IMG/VR virus record: IMGVR_UViG_3300042453_003546
Reading direction: 5' to 3' (one strand)
Length of the DNA stretch: 57,165 nucleotides
DNA from: an uncultured virus (IMG/VR IMGVR_UViG_3300042453_003546)
Taxonomy: Duplodnaviria > Heunggongvirae > Uroviricota > Caudoviricetes
Part shown: positions 50,878-57,165 of the stretch, piece after piece
Layout: every line of letters starts with the position of its first letter
How positions within the stretch are numbered: position 1 is the stretch's first letter
Notes under the pieces: generated by a model
What the model was told of the DNA's origin: nothing
Databases searched by the model: none
Seen by the model: only the letters and a program-made list of their open reading frames with translations
Translations under genes and position numbers: made by a program

Positions 50878-51174
50878 TTATCCTAAAGATTCGGGAGATT
50901 TTTCCTCTTGGGTGTTGTCAATAAAGCTATTGGCTGTGGTAAACTTTCTTAATCCAAGTAAGCTGGCTCCTATACCAACAAAGATAATACTTTGCGTAAT
51001 GATGTCAATATCCTTACTCACAAATACCTTATCGAGACATCCAATTAAAAAACATAGTGTCCCAATAGTGCAAATAATAACGCCCATTGTACCTGATGCA
51101 GAGGTTTTTCCAGATTCGTTTGAGGTCATCTGAGCAAAAGAAAATTTATCAATGCGCTCGAGTAATTTTTTCAT
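50878..51174 (-). CDS. Small 2-TM membrane protein (holin-like)
   Basis: Two TM helices, charged termini. Confidence 0.55.
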   Translation of the reverse strand: MKKLLERIDKFSFAQMTSNESGKTSASGTMGVIICTIGTLCFLIGCLDKVFVSKDIDIITQSIIFVGIGASLLGLRKFTTANSFIDNTQEEKSPESLG

Positions 51175-51177
51175 AGA

Positions 51178-51339
51178 TTATAGTTTTAAGTTAAGTTCTG
51201 CAAAGGCCTTGGTGTAAGCTTCTAAGCGAGTTAGCTTTTCAATTCGGATATATTGTCCAGCTGCTTCTGCTAACTCAACTCCAACACCATTCTTAAAAGC
51301 AACCCATAGCATCTCTTCGATTAAATCTTTATTATTCAT
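51178..51339 (-). CDS. Hypothetical protein, 53 aa (not in ORF track)
   Basis: MNNKDLIEEMLWVAFKNGVGVELAEAAGQYIRIEKLTRLEAYTKAFAELNLKL; TATTTAT upstream. Confidence 0.65.
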   Translation of the reverse strand: MNNKDLIEEMLWVAFKNGVGVELAEAAGQYIRIEKLTRLEAYTKAFAELNLKL

Positions 51340-51391
51340 AATACGTTATGATGGTGTTAGATTAGCAATGTTACTATAATAAATAGGTAAC

Positions 51392-51463
51392 AAAAAAATA
51401 ACCACCCAGGTAGCGACACTTGAGTGGTTAAAAATTGCCGTAACGGCAAACGGTCCTAACCGT
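51392..51463 (-). other. Three-hairpin structured element ending in terminator-like stem
   Basis: ACGGT-TAGG-ACCGT, TTGCCG-TTA-CGGCAA, TAACCACTCA...TGGGTGGTTA-T7. Confidence 0.6.
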
Positions 51464-51474
51464 ATCTTTGATGG

Positions 51475-52074
51475 CTATGATTCTCTTATTAAGACAAATT
51501 CATGCCGATCAATACGCACTCTCCAATTACCTTCAAAACGTGATAGTTGTTTATTGATATAAGCTAAATATAAGCGACCACGTTTTGTTTCATCAGCATT
51601 ATGTAAGCCTTCACCTTTTTCCTTTTTAGGCCCAATGTGAACCTCTTTTACCCACACATTCTTATCCTGTACTAGTTTTTTCACTGTATCAACTACACAC
51701 TCGGTTACTGTAGATATAACACGAAACTGCTCACCAAAGTTGGTGAGTTTTTGTTCTCCGGAGCCCTTAACATCAAAAGCTACTTCAAGTCTAATTTCAT
51801 ACTGATGATCGAGTGTTGCATCCTCAGGAACTTTTCCCATATCTTTGAGAAAGCTTTCACTAGCTGCATCACCATTTATGTAGACTATATAATCTGCCTG
51901 ATCACTACTAAACAAATAAGCGATTGGTGGCTCTAATCCAAGTCGATTTAGCATATCGTCTGCGTAGATTTTTTTCAGCCATGATTCAGGAGTTGAACTA
52001 CCAGTCCATACTTTAAAAGGGAATGGCTTAACACCTTCTCCGATTTCGTTTAATATGTTTGTAAGTCTTATCAT
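51475..52074 (-). CDS. MIRLTNILNE-leader protein, alpha/beta (possibly GNAT-like) domain
   Basis: Leader; FRVISTV...KRGRLY..YI pattern. Confidence 0.65.
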   Translation of the reverse strand: MIRLTNILNEIGEGVKPFPFKVWTGSSTPESWLKKIYADDMLNRLGLEPPIAYLFSSDQADYIVYINGDAASESFLKDMGKVPEDATLDHQYEIRLEVAFDVKGSGEQKLTNFGEQFRVISTVTECVVDTVKKLVQDKNVWVKEVHIGPKKEKGEGLHNADETKRGRLYLAYINKQLSRFEGNWRVRIDRHEFVLIRES

Positions 52075-52613
52075 ACCTTTGGAATACCAACTAATACTTT
52101 TGTATGTTTATGTGTGCCTGATACCAATCTTGTATAACTACCATCAGGATTCATTGTAAGATCTTTATTAATTACTTTACGTATAGTAGCCTCATCATCA
52201 ACATGCGGTAAGCCTAGTTTCTCAGCTAAATCTGGATCCATCTCAGCATAAAAGCCTCTTTGTTTCATTAACCTAATCATCTTCACAATAGCCTCTTTTT
52301 TTGCTTCTGCCGAACCATCTTGACCTAACATTGTCATCTTTGTTCCAGCTGGAGTTTTCTTACCACCCACCACAACATCAGCATCTGGATCTTGATCTAA
52401 ATCATTAGCAACCCAGTAAGTGACATCTGAATTTTTAAGGTCAGCTCCGCTTTGGATTTCAAAATTCCCACCTTTAGCAGCATACGCGTTTGAGATCAAA
52501 TCAGCAATATTATCAGCATAATCTAATACCTTTTGATTAGGTAATTCAACCCACACCTTCTTACCATAATCGTCTGCAAAAGCCTCTCTAAGAAGCGACA
52601 TTAATTTTATCAC
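52071..52613 (-). CDS. MIKLMSLLRE-leader protein (GTG start), possibly GNAT-like
   Basis: Leader; NAYAAKGG...GQDGS..AK. Confidence 0.65.
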   Translation of the reverse strand: MIKLMSLLREAFADDYGKKVWVELPNQKVLDYADNIADLISNAYAAKGGNFEIQSGADLKNSDVTYWVANDLDQDPDADVVVGGKKTPAGTKMTMLGQDGSAEAKKEAIVKMIRLMKQRGFYAEMDPDLAEKLGLPHVDDEATIRKVINKDLTMNPDGSYTRLVSGTHKHTKVLVGIPKV

Positions 52614-52999
52614 ACTGTTAGTTTTTGGTTTGATGTTTGAAAATTCTTTTTACGCATCACTGTCTTGGAAATCAACTCCAGTTGTTGCGTTTTATTATTG
52701 TATTGTAATACAAAGGGAATGTTGATATCTTTTTGCATATCTACAATTACGGCTTCAGCATCTGGTCCTAATTGCATAATTTTTTTGCCGTATTTTTCAT
52801 AAGTTTTTTGAAACACGTTTGTAAGCTCTTGATCTGAGATCGGTTTTAAATTACGCGGATCATTTACTCGGTCAAAAAAGTGTTTTGAAAACTCTATATC
52901 AATTCCTACCGCAGCAAATAATCTATCAGCATACACCTCTAAAGACTCTAACTGAGCCTGCGTTACAACTTCTAGTAATATGTGTTTAAGTTTAATCAT
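52610..52999 (-). CDS. MIKLKHILLE-leader protein, candidate RelE/BECR-fold RNase
   Basis: IEFSKHFFDRVND.R helix motif and terminal ISKTVMRK strand. Confidence 0.55.
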   Translation of the reverse strand: MIKLKHILLEVVTQAQLESLEVYADRLFAAVGIDIEFSKHFFDRVNDPRNLKPISDQELTNVFQKTYEKYGKKIMQLGPDAEAVIVDMQKDINIPFVLQYNNKTQQLELISKTVMRKKNFQTSNQKLTV

Positions 53000-53649
53000 G
53001 TAAACTTTTTAATCTTATCTTTGTTTGCCTGAGCCCAATCCATCCACACTTTTTTAATAGGTGGCCAGCTAACATTATGGAACTCGAACTGTCTTATGTT
53101 ATCTTGATGCCATTGTTCCATTGTTGCATCAAGAGATTGTTTGACCACTTTAGAACGCTTAATCAGTCCCTTAACAAAGGCAGGAACTTCCTCAGGATCC
53201 ACTAAATATTTAGCATAATCATGATGATTGCGACCAGCAACTACAAACATATCCTCAAAGTTTTGCTGACCTACGTGTTCTAATTCATGCACAATTGTTT
53301 CTTTAATTTCAGCAATTAATTTATTCATTGCAGCTGGAAACATCTTAGGATTGTATTCAATAATTAACTCTAGATATTCAGAACTACCACCACCCTCAAT
53401 CGAGTGGCTATACTCTTGTTTTGGACGTTTTATAAAGCGAGCTTTGACTTGAAATTCAGCATAGTCTCCAGCTCTATCCAAGTATATTTCTTTATAATAT
53501 TTCTTATCACCACTCTTAAAAGCATTAACAATATCACGGGAAATAAGTAGTCCAAACTCATCATTACTACGAGCAAAGACCTTATCAGGATCTTCACTGG
53601 TAAGGTCATAATATGCGAGTTCTTTGAGTAATTTTTTGAGCTTTATCAT
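52996..53649 (-). CDS. MIKLKKLLKE-leader HExxH metallopeptidase-like protein
   Basis: TIVHELEHVGQ...YLVDPEEVPAF (HExxH plus downstream E). Confidence 0.7.
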   Translation of the reverse strand: MIKLKKLLKELAYYDLTSEDPDKVFARSNDEFGLLISRDIVNAFKSGDKKYYKEIYLDRAGDYAEFQVKARFIKRPKQEYSHSIEGGGSSEYLELIIEYNPKMFPAAMNKLIAEIKETIVHELEHVGQQNFEDMFVVAGRNHHDYAKYLVDPEEVPAFVKGLIKRSKVVKQSLDATMEQWHQDNIRQFEFHNVSWPPIKKVWMDWAQANKDKIKKFT

Positions 53650-54404
53650 TATTGTTTTTTAGCAGCTAATTGCTGGGATACCCATTGTTTTCCAACTGGA
53701 TTTTGTATTGGTTTACGCATGAAAGAACGCGCAAATTTATCCACTTGAGGATCGATTGAAATAGGTTGGCCAGGTGCAGAATCTTTGTCATTTATAGCTT
53801 CTATAAACGCGTTTCCAAAGTAGCTTTCGTACTCCTTTTTAGCGGCTTGAGCAGCATTCCAAATCTCATCAACAAGACTGGCAGGTAACTTTCTCTCACG
53901 CTTACTATTACGCTCCTGAGCCTTCTCTAAAGGAGTGTTGACAAACACCATAGACGTATCATATCCAAACGTATTTTTCAGCTCTTCTGACTGTCTAATA
54001 ATCTTTTGTGGATCGTCTCCAGTACCATCAATCAATAAGCCTAAACGACCATTGAGATAGATTGCATAAGTGTTCTTGAACAACTCTTTTGCACGTAATC
54101 TTGGAGATCCAGCACCTTGTGTTACCTTCTCAAAATCCTCTGGTGAAAGCGATGCTAAATCTGAAGAAAAACCACCCTTTTTTAGAAGGAATTCAAAGAA
54201 TTTATCACTATTAACATTCTTTAGACCTTCCATAGAAAACCCTGCTTTTGTCACTCCAAAAAGAGCATTTCCTACTGTGGATTTTCCACTTCCAGGACCT
54301 CCAGCCAAGAACACAGCTTTGAGTATTCCTGGGTCGTAAACACCTTCTTGCATCACGTTTGCAATCTCTTCTTTAATAATCCTTTTTAATTGTGATAATT
54401 TCAT
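53649..54404 (-). CDS. MKLSQLKRIIKEE-leader P-loop kinase (zeta toxin/AAA_33-like)
   Basis: AVFLAGGPGSGKS, NSD, IDGTG, FVNTPLE.A.ERN..RER. Confidence 0.85.
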   Translation of the reverse strand: MKLSQLKRIIKEEIANVMQEGVYDPGILKAVFLAGGPGSGKSTVGNALFGVTKAGFSMEGLKNVNSDKFFEFLLKKGGFSSDLASLSPEDFEKVTQGAGSPRLRAKELFKNTYAIYLNGRLGLLIDGTGDDPQKIIRQSEELKNTFGYDTSMVFVNTPLEKAQERNSKRERKLPASLVDEIWNAAQAAKKEYESYFGNAFIEAINDKDSAPGQPISIDPQVDKFARSFMRKPIQNPVGKQWVSQQLAAKKQ

Positions 54405-54655
54405 TGTTTGCTATATTTTATAAAGTATACCGAATCTCCAATTTTACTATAACGAGTGCAAGTTACCGTATCACTTTCATGTGTAATTGCATAAAATTTT
54501 GGACTAATTTCCTCATGAATTCCGCAAGGATTTTTACGAAAAATCTTAACAATTACGCCTTTTTTTACGTCACGAGTATACTCTTCAAGTTGGGAAGATT
54601 TACCACATGAAATAAGTAATAAAGTGATAGTGATAAATGCAAAAAACTTAGTCAT
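54401..54655 (-). CDS. Lipoprotein
   Basis: MTKFFAFITITLLLISCGKS lipobox; TATTTATA immediately upstream of this ATG. Confidence 0.7.
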   Translation of the reverse strand: MTKFFAFITITLLLISCGKSSQLEEYTRDVKKGVIVKIFRKNPCGIHEEISPKFYAITHESDTVTCTRYSKIGDSVYFIKYSKQ

Positions 54656-54686
54656 ATATAAATATTTGTGTGTGTGAAAAAAAGAG

Positions 54687-54899
54687 TTATTCGGGTACGT
54701 ATTCGTCTTTGTAAGAGTCATTTTCCAAGAATCTTAATAAGGAACCAGGAGGAACCAGATAGCCATTTTTTGCGATATGCTCCGCATCATATGTCTCATT
54801 TACTCCCTGTGCAACACCCACTAAAACTTTCGTTTCAAAGTTGTTACTAACCTTAACAAAACCAATGTTTCCAAGCCAAAAAGCATCTACAATTTTCAT
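54687..54899 (-). CDS. Hypothetical protein
   Basis: ORF track; IG.V...K..VG...G.NE..D...IA..G pattern. Confidence 0.7.
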   Translation of the reverse strand: MKIVDAFWLGNIGFVKVSNNFETKVLVGVAQGVNETYDAEHIAKNGYLVPPGSLLRFLENDSYKDEYVPE

Positions 54900-54934
54900 A
54901 AAAATACAAGTTTAAAGAGTTAAAAAATATTATA

Positions 54935-55279
54935 TTATTGGTTATCAGGATTAACCATATTATGTGTAAAGACAGGTATCATTTTTGCAATTTGCTCCTT
55001 GGTTCTAATGCAGATAAGTGAATATTGATAACCTGCTCCCATGACCAAATCCAACGTAATTCTGGCTGCAATCTCATCAGTGTATACAAGCATTACTCTA
55101 TAGTATGTAATGTTGTTAATAATCACCATTTCGAAAAAGGCAGGATCACCAGTAAACTCCACATGCTCTTTGGTTAGTAGTTGTGGATTTTGAGTACTCA
55201 TGATTTGTACACAGTAGTAGTTTTGAGCAGATAAAACAGTACTTACAAAAAGTAAAAAAGCGATGATTAAGTTTTTCAT
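54935..55279 (-). CDS. Secreted SPOR-like (peptidoglycan-binding) protein
   Basis: Signal MKNLIIAFLLFVSTVLSAQ; YCVQI...YYRVM..Y....AA...L.....GY..S.I. Confidence 0.65.
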   Translation of the reverse strand: MKNLIIAFLLFVSTVLSAQNYYCVQIMSTQNPQLLTKEHVEFTGDPAFFEMVIINNITYYRVMLVYTDEIAARITLDLVMGAGYQYSLICIRTKEQIAKMIPVFTHNMVNPDNQ

Positions 55280-55290
55280 GTGTGTTAAAT

Positions 55291-55545
55291 TTATATGTGA
55301 GATAATGGATGTAAATAACAAATTCCAAATTTCGTGTATTCATAACCGAGCTTATTTAATAACTCTCTCATTGGAGCATTACCCTCGGAAGACATAATAT
55401 AAAAGTCGTCATTTGAAGGTACGTCCTCCTTACATTCTAACTGGTAATCATAGTTAAGAAGACGTGCGAAAGTGGTAGAACTTACACCCTCTCTAAACAG
55501 CCTATCGGCAGTTCTTTTAAGCGATTCAAATTGTTGAGTTGTCAT
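55291..55545 (-). CDS. Hypothetical (early) protein
   Basis: ORF track; repeated promoter upstream. Confidence 0.7.
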   Translation of the reverse strand: MTTQQFESLKRTADRLFREGVSSTTFARLLNYDYQLECKEDVPSNDDFYIMSSEGNAPMRELLNKLGYEYTKFGICYLHPLSHI

Positions 55546-55562
55546 AATTGTGTCATTTTTGA

Positions 55563-55606
55563 TTATATCTAAAGGTCCTCCTTTTTTACCGTTGAGGCAA
55601 CGGTTT
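55563..55606 (-). promoter_or_regulatory. Putative early promoter, copy 1
   Basis: AAACCGTTG-20 nt-GACCTTTAGATATAA; near-duplicate of 55853..55895. Confidence 0.6.
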
Positions 55607-55618
55607 GTGTAATTTTTT

Positions 55619-55822
55619 TTATCCTTTCCACCAAGATTGTGACTTTAACCAAATACGATAAGACATTGGAGTTTCGGACAATCTCTGTCCTTGATATTTA
55701 CCAAAACGTAAAACAGGGTCAGAAGATTTTACCTTAGTTTCATGCCCTAATTCAAACTCTAATTCTTTGGATTTGAAATCATAGTGACTTGATTTGTTGT
55801 AGTTGGATTTGAAAGTTCTCAT
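55619..55822 (-). CDS. Small FGKY-motif protein (DUF3820-like)
   Basis: LRFGKYQGQRLSETPMSYRIWL. Confidence 0.75.
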   Translation of the reverse strand: MRTFKSNYNKSSHYDFKSKELEFELGHETKVKSSDPVLRFGKYQGQRLSETPMSYRIWLKSQSWWKG

Positions 55823-55852
55823 GTGATTGTTTTTATTATTGTTATCTTTTAA

Positions 55853-55895
55853 TTATATTTAAAGATCCCCCTTTCTAAACAATAGACAACAGTTT
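55853..55895 (-). promoter_or_regulatory. Putative early promoter, copy 2
   Basis: AAACTGTTG-19 nt-GATCTTTAAATATAA. Confidence 0.6.
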
Positions 55896-55992
55896 ACACA
55901 ATTTATTTTATATTTTTTTTCGGCGCGACCCTCCTCCGCAATCTTAACATTTTTAACTCACAGCCTCGCATTTTTAATAACAAAGAGAAACC

Positions 55993-56017
55993 AAAAAAAC
56001 CCGCTAAAGAGCGGGTT
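55993..56017 (-). terminator. Intrinsic terminator
   Basis: AACCCGCT-CTTT-AGCGGGTT-TTTTT. Confidence 0.85.
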
Positions 56018-56045
56018 AAATTGTTGACAGGGCGTCGGGGTTTTG

Positions 56046-56183
56046 TTACTTGACTGTTATTATGATTTTGTTATCTTTACGTGTAATTGTGAATGATGAT
56101 GGTAGCAAATTGCGTATGTGTTTTTCATAATACTTTGCACGATCAAAGTGTTTAACTTTAATATAGCCTTGCAATATGTCCAT
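56046..56183 (-). CDS. Small hypothetical protein, 45 aa (not in ORF track)
   Basis: MDILQGYIKVKHFDRAKYYEKHIRNLLPSSFTITRKDNKIIITVK; 4 nt after previous stop, ends before terminator. Confidence 0.5.
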   Translation of the reverse strand: MDILQGYIKVKHFDRAKYYEKHIRNLLPSSFTITRKDNKIIITVK

Positions 56184-56187
56184 GAGT

Positions 56188-56433
56188 TTAGTCACGTGAT
56201 TCAAATTGTACACTCGGTGCTAACATGACACCGGCACCACTTTGTTTTATGAGCTCAGCTATGGTTTGTATCACGGATTTTACTTGGTCGTTTGTTGGGT
56301 TTTTAATACCAATTTTACTAAGTAGATCCATTGCATCTTGCTCCAATTCACGAAGTGTGAATGCACGTGTTTCTTCGATGGCATCCGGTTCTAAACCAGC
56401 GATTTCTTGTAGTCTGTCTCTTGTTAGTTTCAT
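56188..56433 (-). CDS. Hypothetical protein with MKLTRDRLQEIAGL leader
   Basis: ORF track. Confidence 0.7.
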   Translation of the reverse strand: MKLTRDRLQEIAGLEPDAIEETRAFTLRELEQDAMDLLSKIGIKNPTNDQVKSVIQTIAELIKQSGAGVMLAPSVQFESRD

Positions 56434-56437
56434 GGTG

Positions 56438-56569
56438 TTACTTACAGCATTTAGGTTTTTCGGATGTATGGCATTTGTCAGCTTCGTTCTTGAAAGAAGG
56501 ACATTTTTGTGTCGTTTTGCATGCAGTTAATAATGCAGCTACTAAGACGATTACTAAAACGTGTTTCAT
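56438..56569 (-). CDS. Small Cys-rich lipoprotein, 43 aa (not in ORF track)
   Basis: MKHVLVIVLVAALLTACKTTQKCPSFKNEADKCHTSEKPKCCK; lipobox LTAC. Confidence 0.75.
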   Translation of the reverse strand: MKHVLVIVLVAALLTACKTTQKCPSFKNEADKCHTSEKPKCCK

Positions 56570-56580
56570 GTTATTATTGT

Positions 56581-56937
56581 TTATTTTTTAATGTAAAATG
56601 CACCAACTATACCACCACCATCTAGTATACTGGCTTTGATTACTTTGCCGTCAGGAGATACGCTAGCGTAGCCTTGATAGTTGCTAGAACGATAGATCTG
56701 TTCCCAATCCTTTGTTACACTATCAGGATACTTAGCTTTCATTTGATTATACTCCGGATCTTTAAACATGATGTAAGCATTGTAGTTAGGTCCGAGTGTT
56801 GGTTCAACAACCTTCTTTCTCATTTCGAAATCTTGCATTGGATGTTCACCACCTAGTGTACCCATTAGTCCGCCTGCTTCGTTGAGAGCCTTACGAACTT
56901 CTTCTTTAATGATTTGTTTGAATTGTGATAGTTTCAT
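56581..56937 (-). CDS. Hypothetical protein with MKLSQFKQIIKEEVRKALNE leader
   Basis: ORF track; TATTTATA upstream. Confidence 0.75.
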   Translation of the reverse strand: MKLSQFKQIIKEEVRKALNEAGGLMGTLGGEHPMQDFEMRKKVVEPTLGPNYNAYIMFKDPEYNQMKAKYPDSVTKDWEQIYRSSNYQGYASVSPDGKVIKASILDGGGIVGAFYIKK

Positions 56938-56952
56938 TGTGATTTATGTTTA

Positions 56953-57165
56953 TTATAAATAGTTAGTTGCTCGAAGAAAATCCCATAAGATTGGAGGTAA
57001 ATCATCTTCAAACTTATCCTCAAGATCACTTGGCGAGCCTAAGTTAGTAAATGCCATTGGAGGCGCAATGAGTATTTTATCGCATGGGATCTTGGTATCA
57101 AAGTAAAAAGTCTCATTTTCCCCATACCCACTAATGGCATCTAAAAACGATGGGGTAAATAGTAG
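56953..57165 (-). CDS. C-terminal part of a gene starting outside the window
   Basis: Open frame ...LLFTPSFLDAISGYGENETFYF...WDFLRATNYL-stop. Confidence 0.65.
   Translation of the reverse strand, partial: LLFTPSFLDAISGYGENETFYFDTKIPCDKILIAPPMAFTNLGSPSDLEDKFEDDLPPILWDFLRATNYL

Noticed and set aside
51430..51470. Twister or pistol ribozyme
   Set aside because: Only a short resemblance (CGGTCCTAACCG / GGTTAGG); the other conserved core elements were not found
53649..54404. Epsilon-zeta toxin-antitoxin system
   Set aside because: No antitoxin-like neighbour; the upstream gene is a lipoprotein; kinase substrate cannot be read from sequence
587..56856. Many short plus-strand and nested ORFs in the track
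   Set aside because: They lie antisense to or inside well-supported minus-strand genes and lack motifs; only 49570..49956 is credible
324..56961. Canonical T4 late promoters (TATAAATA) driving plus-strand transcripts
   Set aside because: No plus-strand genes follow them; position tracks minus-strand starts and the motif flips for the single plus-strand gene
1..57165. Stop-codon reassignment as in some Bacteroidota phages
   Set aside because: Long genes are intact in code 11, and TAG/TGA end genes at natural boundaries (e.g. 12029, 28613, 39017, 50334)
1..57165. CRISPR array, DGR, integrase or transposase
   Set aside because: No spaced direct repeats, reverse transcriptase, TR/VR pair or recombinase motifs seen by eye
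56953..57165. ADP-ribosyltransferase suggested by ENE (ExE) motif
   Set aside because: Only a 70-aa fragment is visible; a three-residue motif is insufficient

Overview
57 kb segment of a large T4-like (myovirus-type) lytic phage genome. It uses the standard genetic code and almost every gene is on the minus strand. Host cues point to Bacteroidota: a T9SS sorting-domain protein, lipoproteins, TANNTTTG-type promoters and a tmRNA whose tag resumes at Gly. In coordinate order it holds the portal 5' end, large terminase, spanin/holin-like genes, small head-associated genes, an HxGH nucleotidyltransferase fused to a ligase-like domain, an Mre11-Rad50 fusion, primase, resolvase, a tail/baseplate block (gp6, gp25, split gp5 with GH108 and M15 hydrolases), a gp55-like sigma factor, tmRNA, HPRT and an accessory region. 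The most striking signal is about 14 unrelated proteins sharing a short N-terminal leader (MIKLxxLLxE or MKLSQLKxIIKEE) that resembles the T4 capsid-targeting propeptide, suggesting a modular set of head-packaged, injected effectors. A conserved TATTTAT motif lies upstream of many genes, often inside hairpins. All calls come from reading motifs by eye; no database searches were run.
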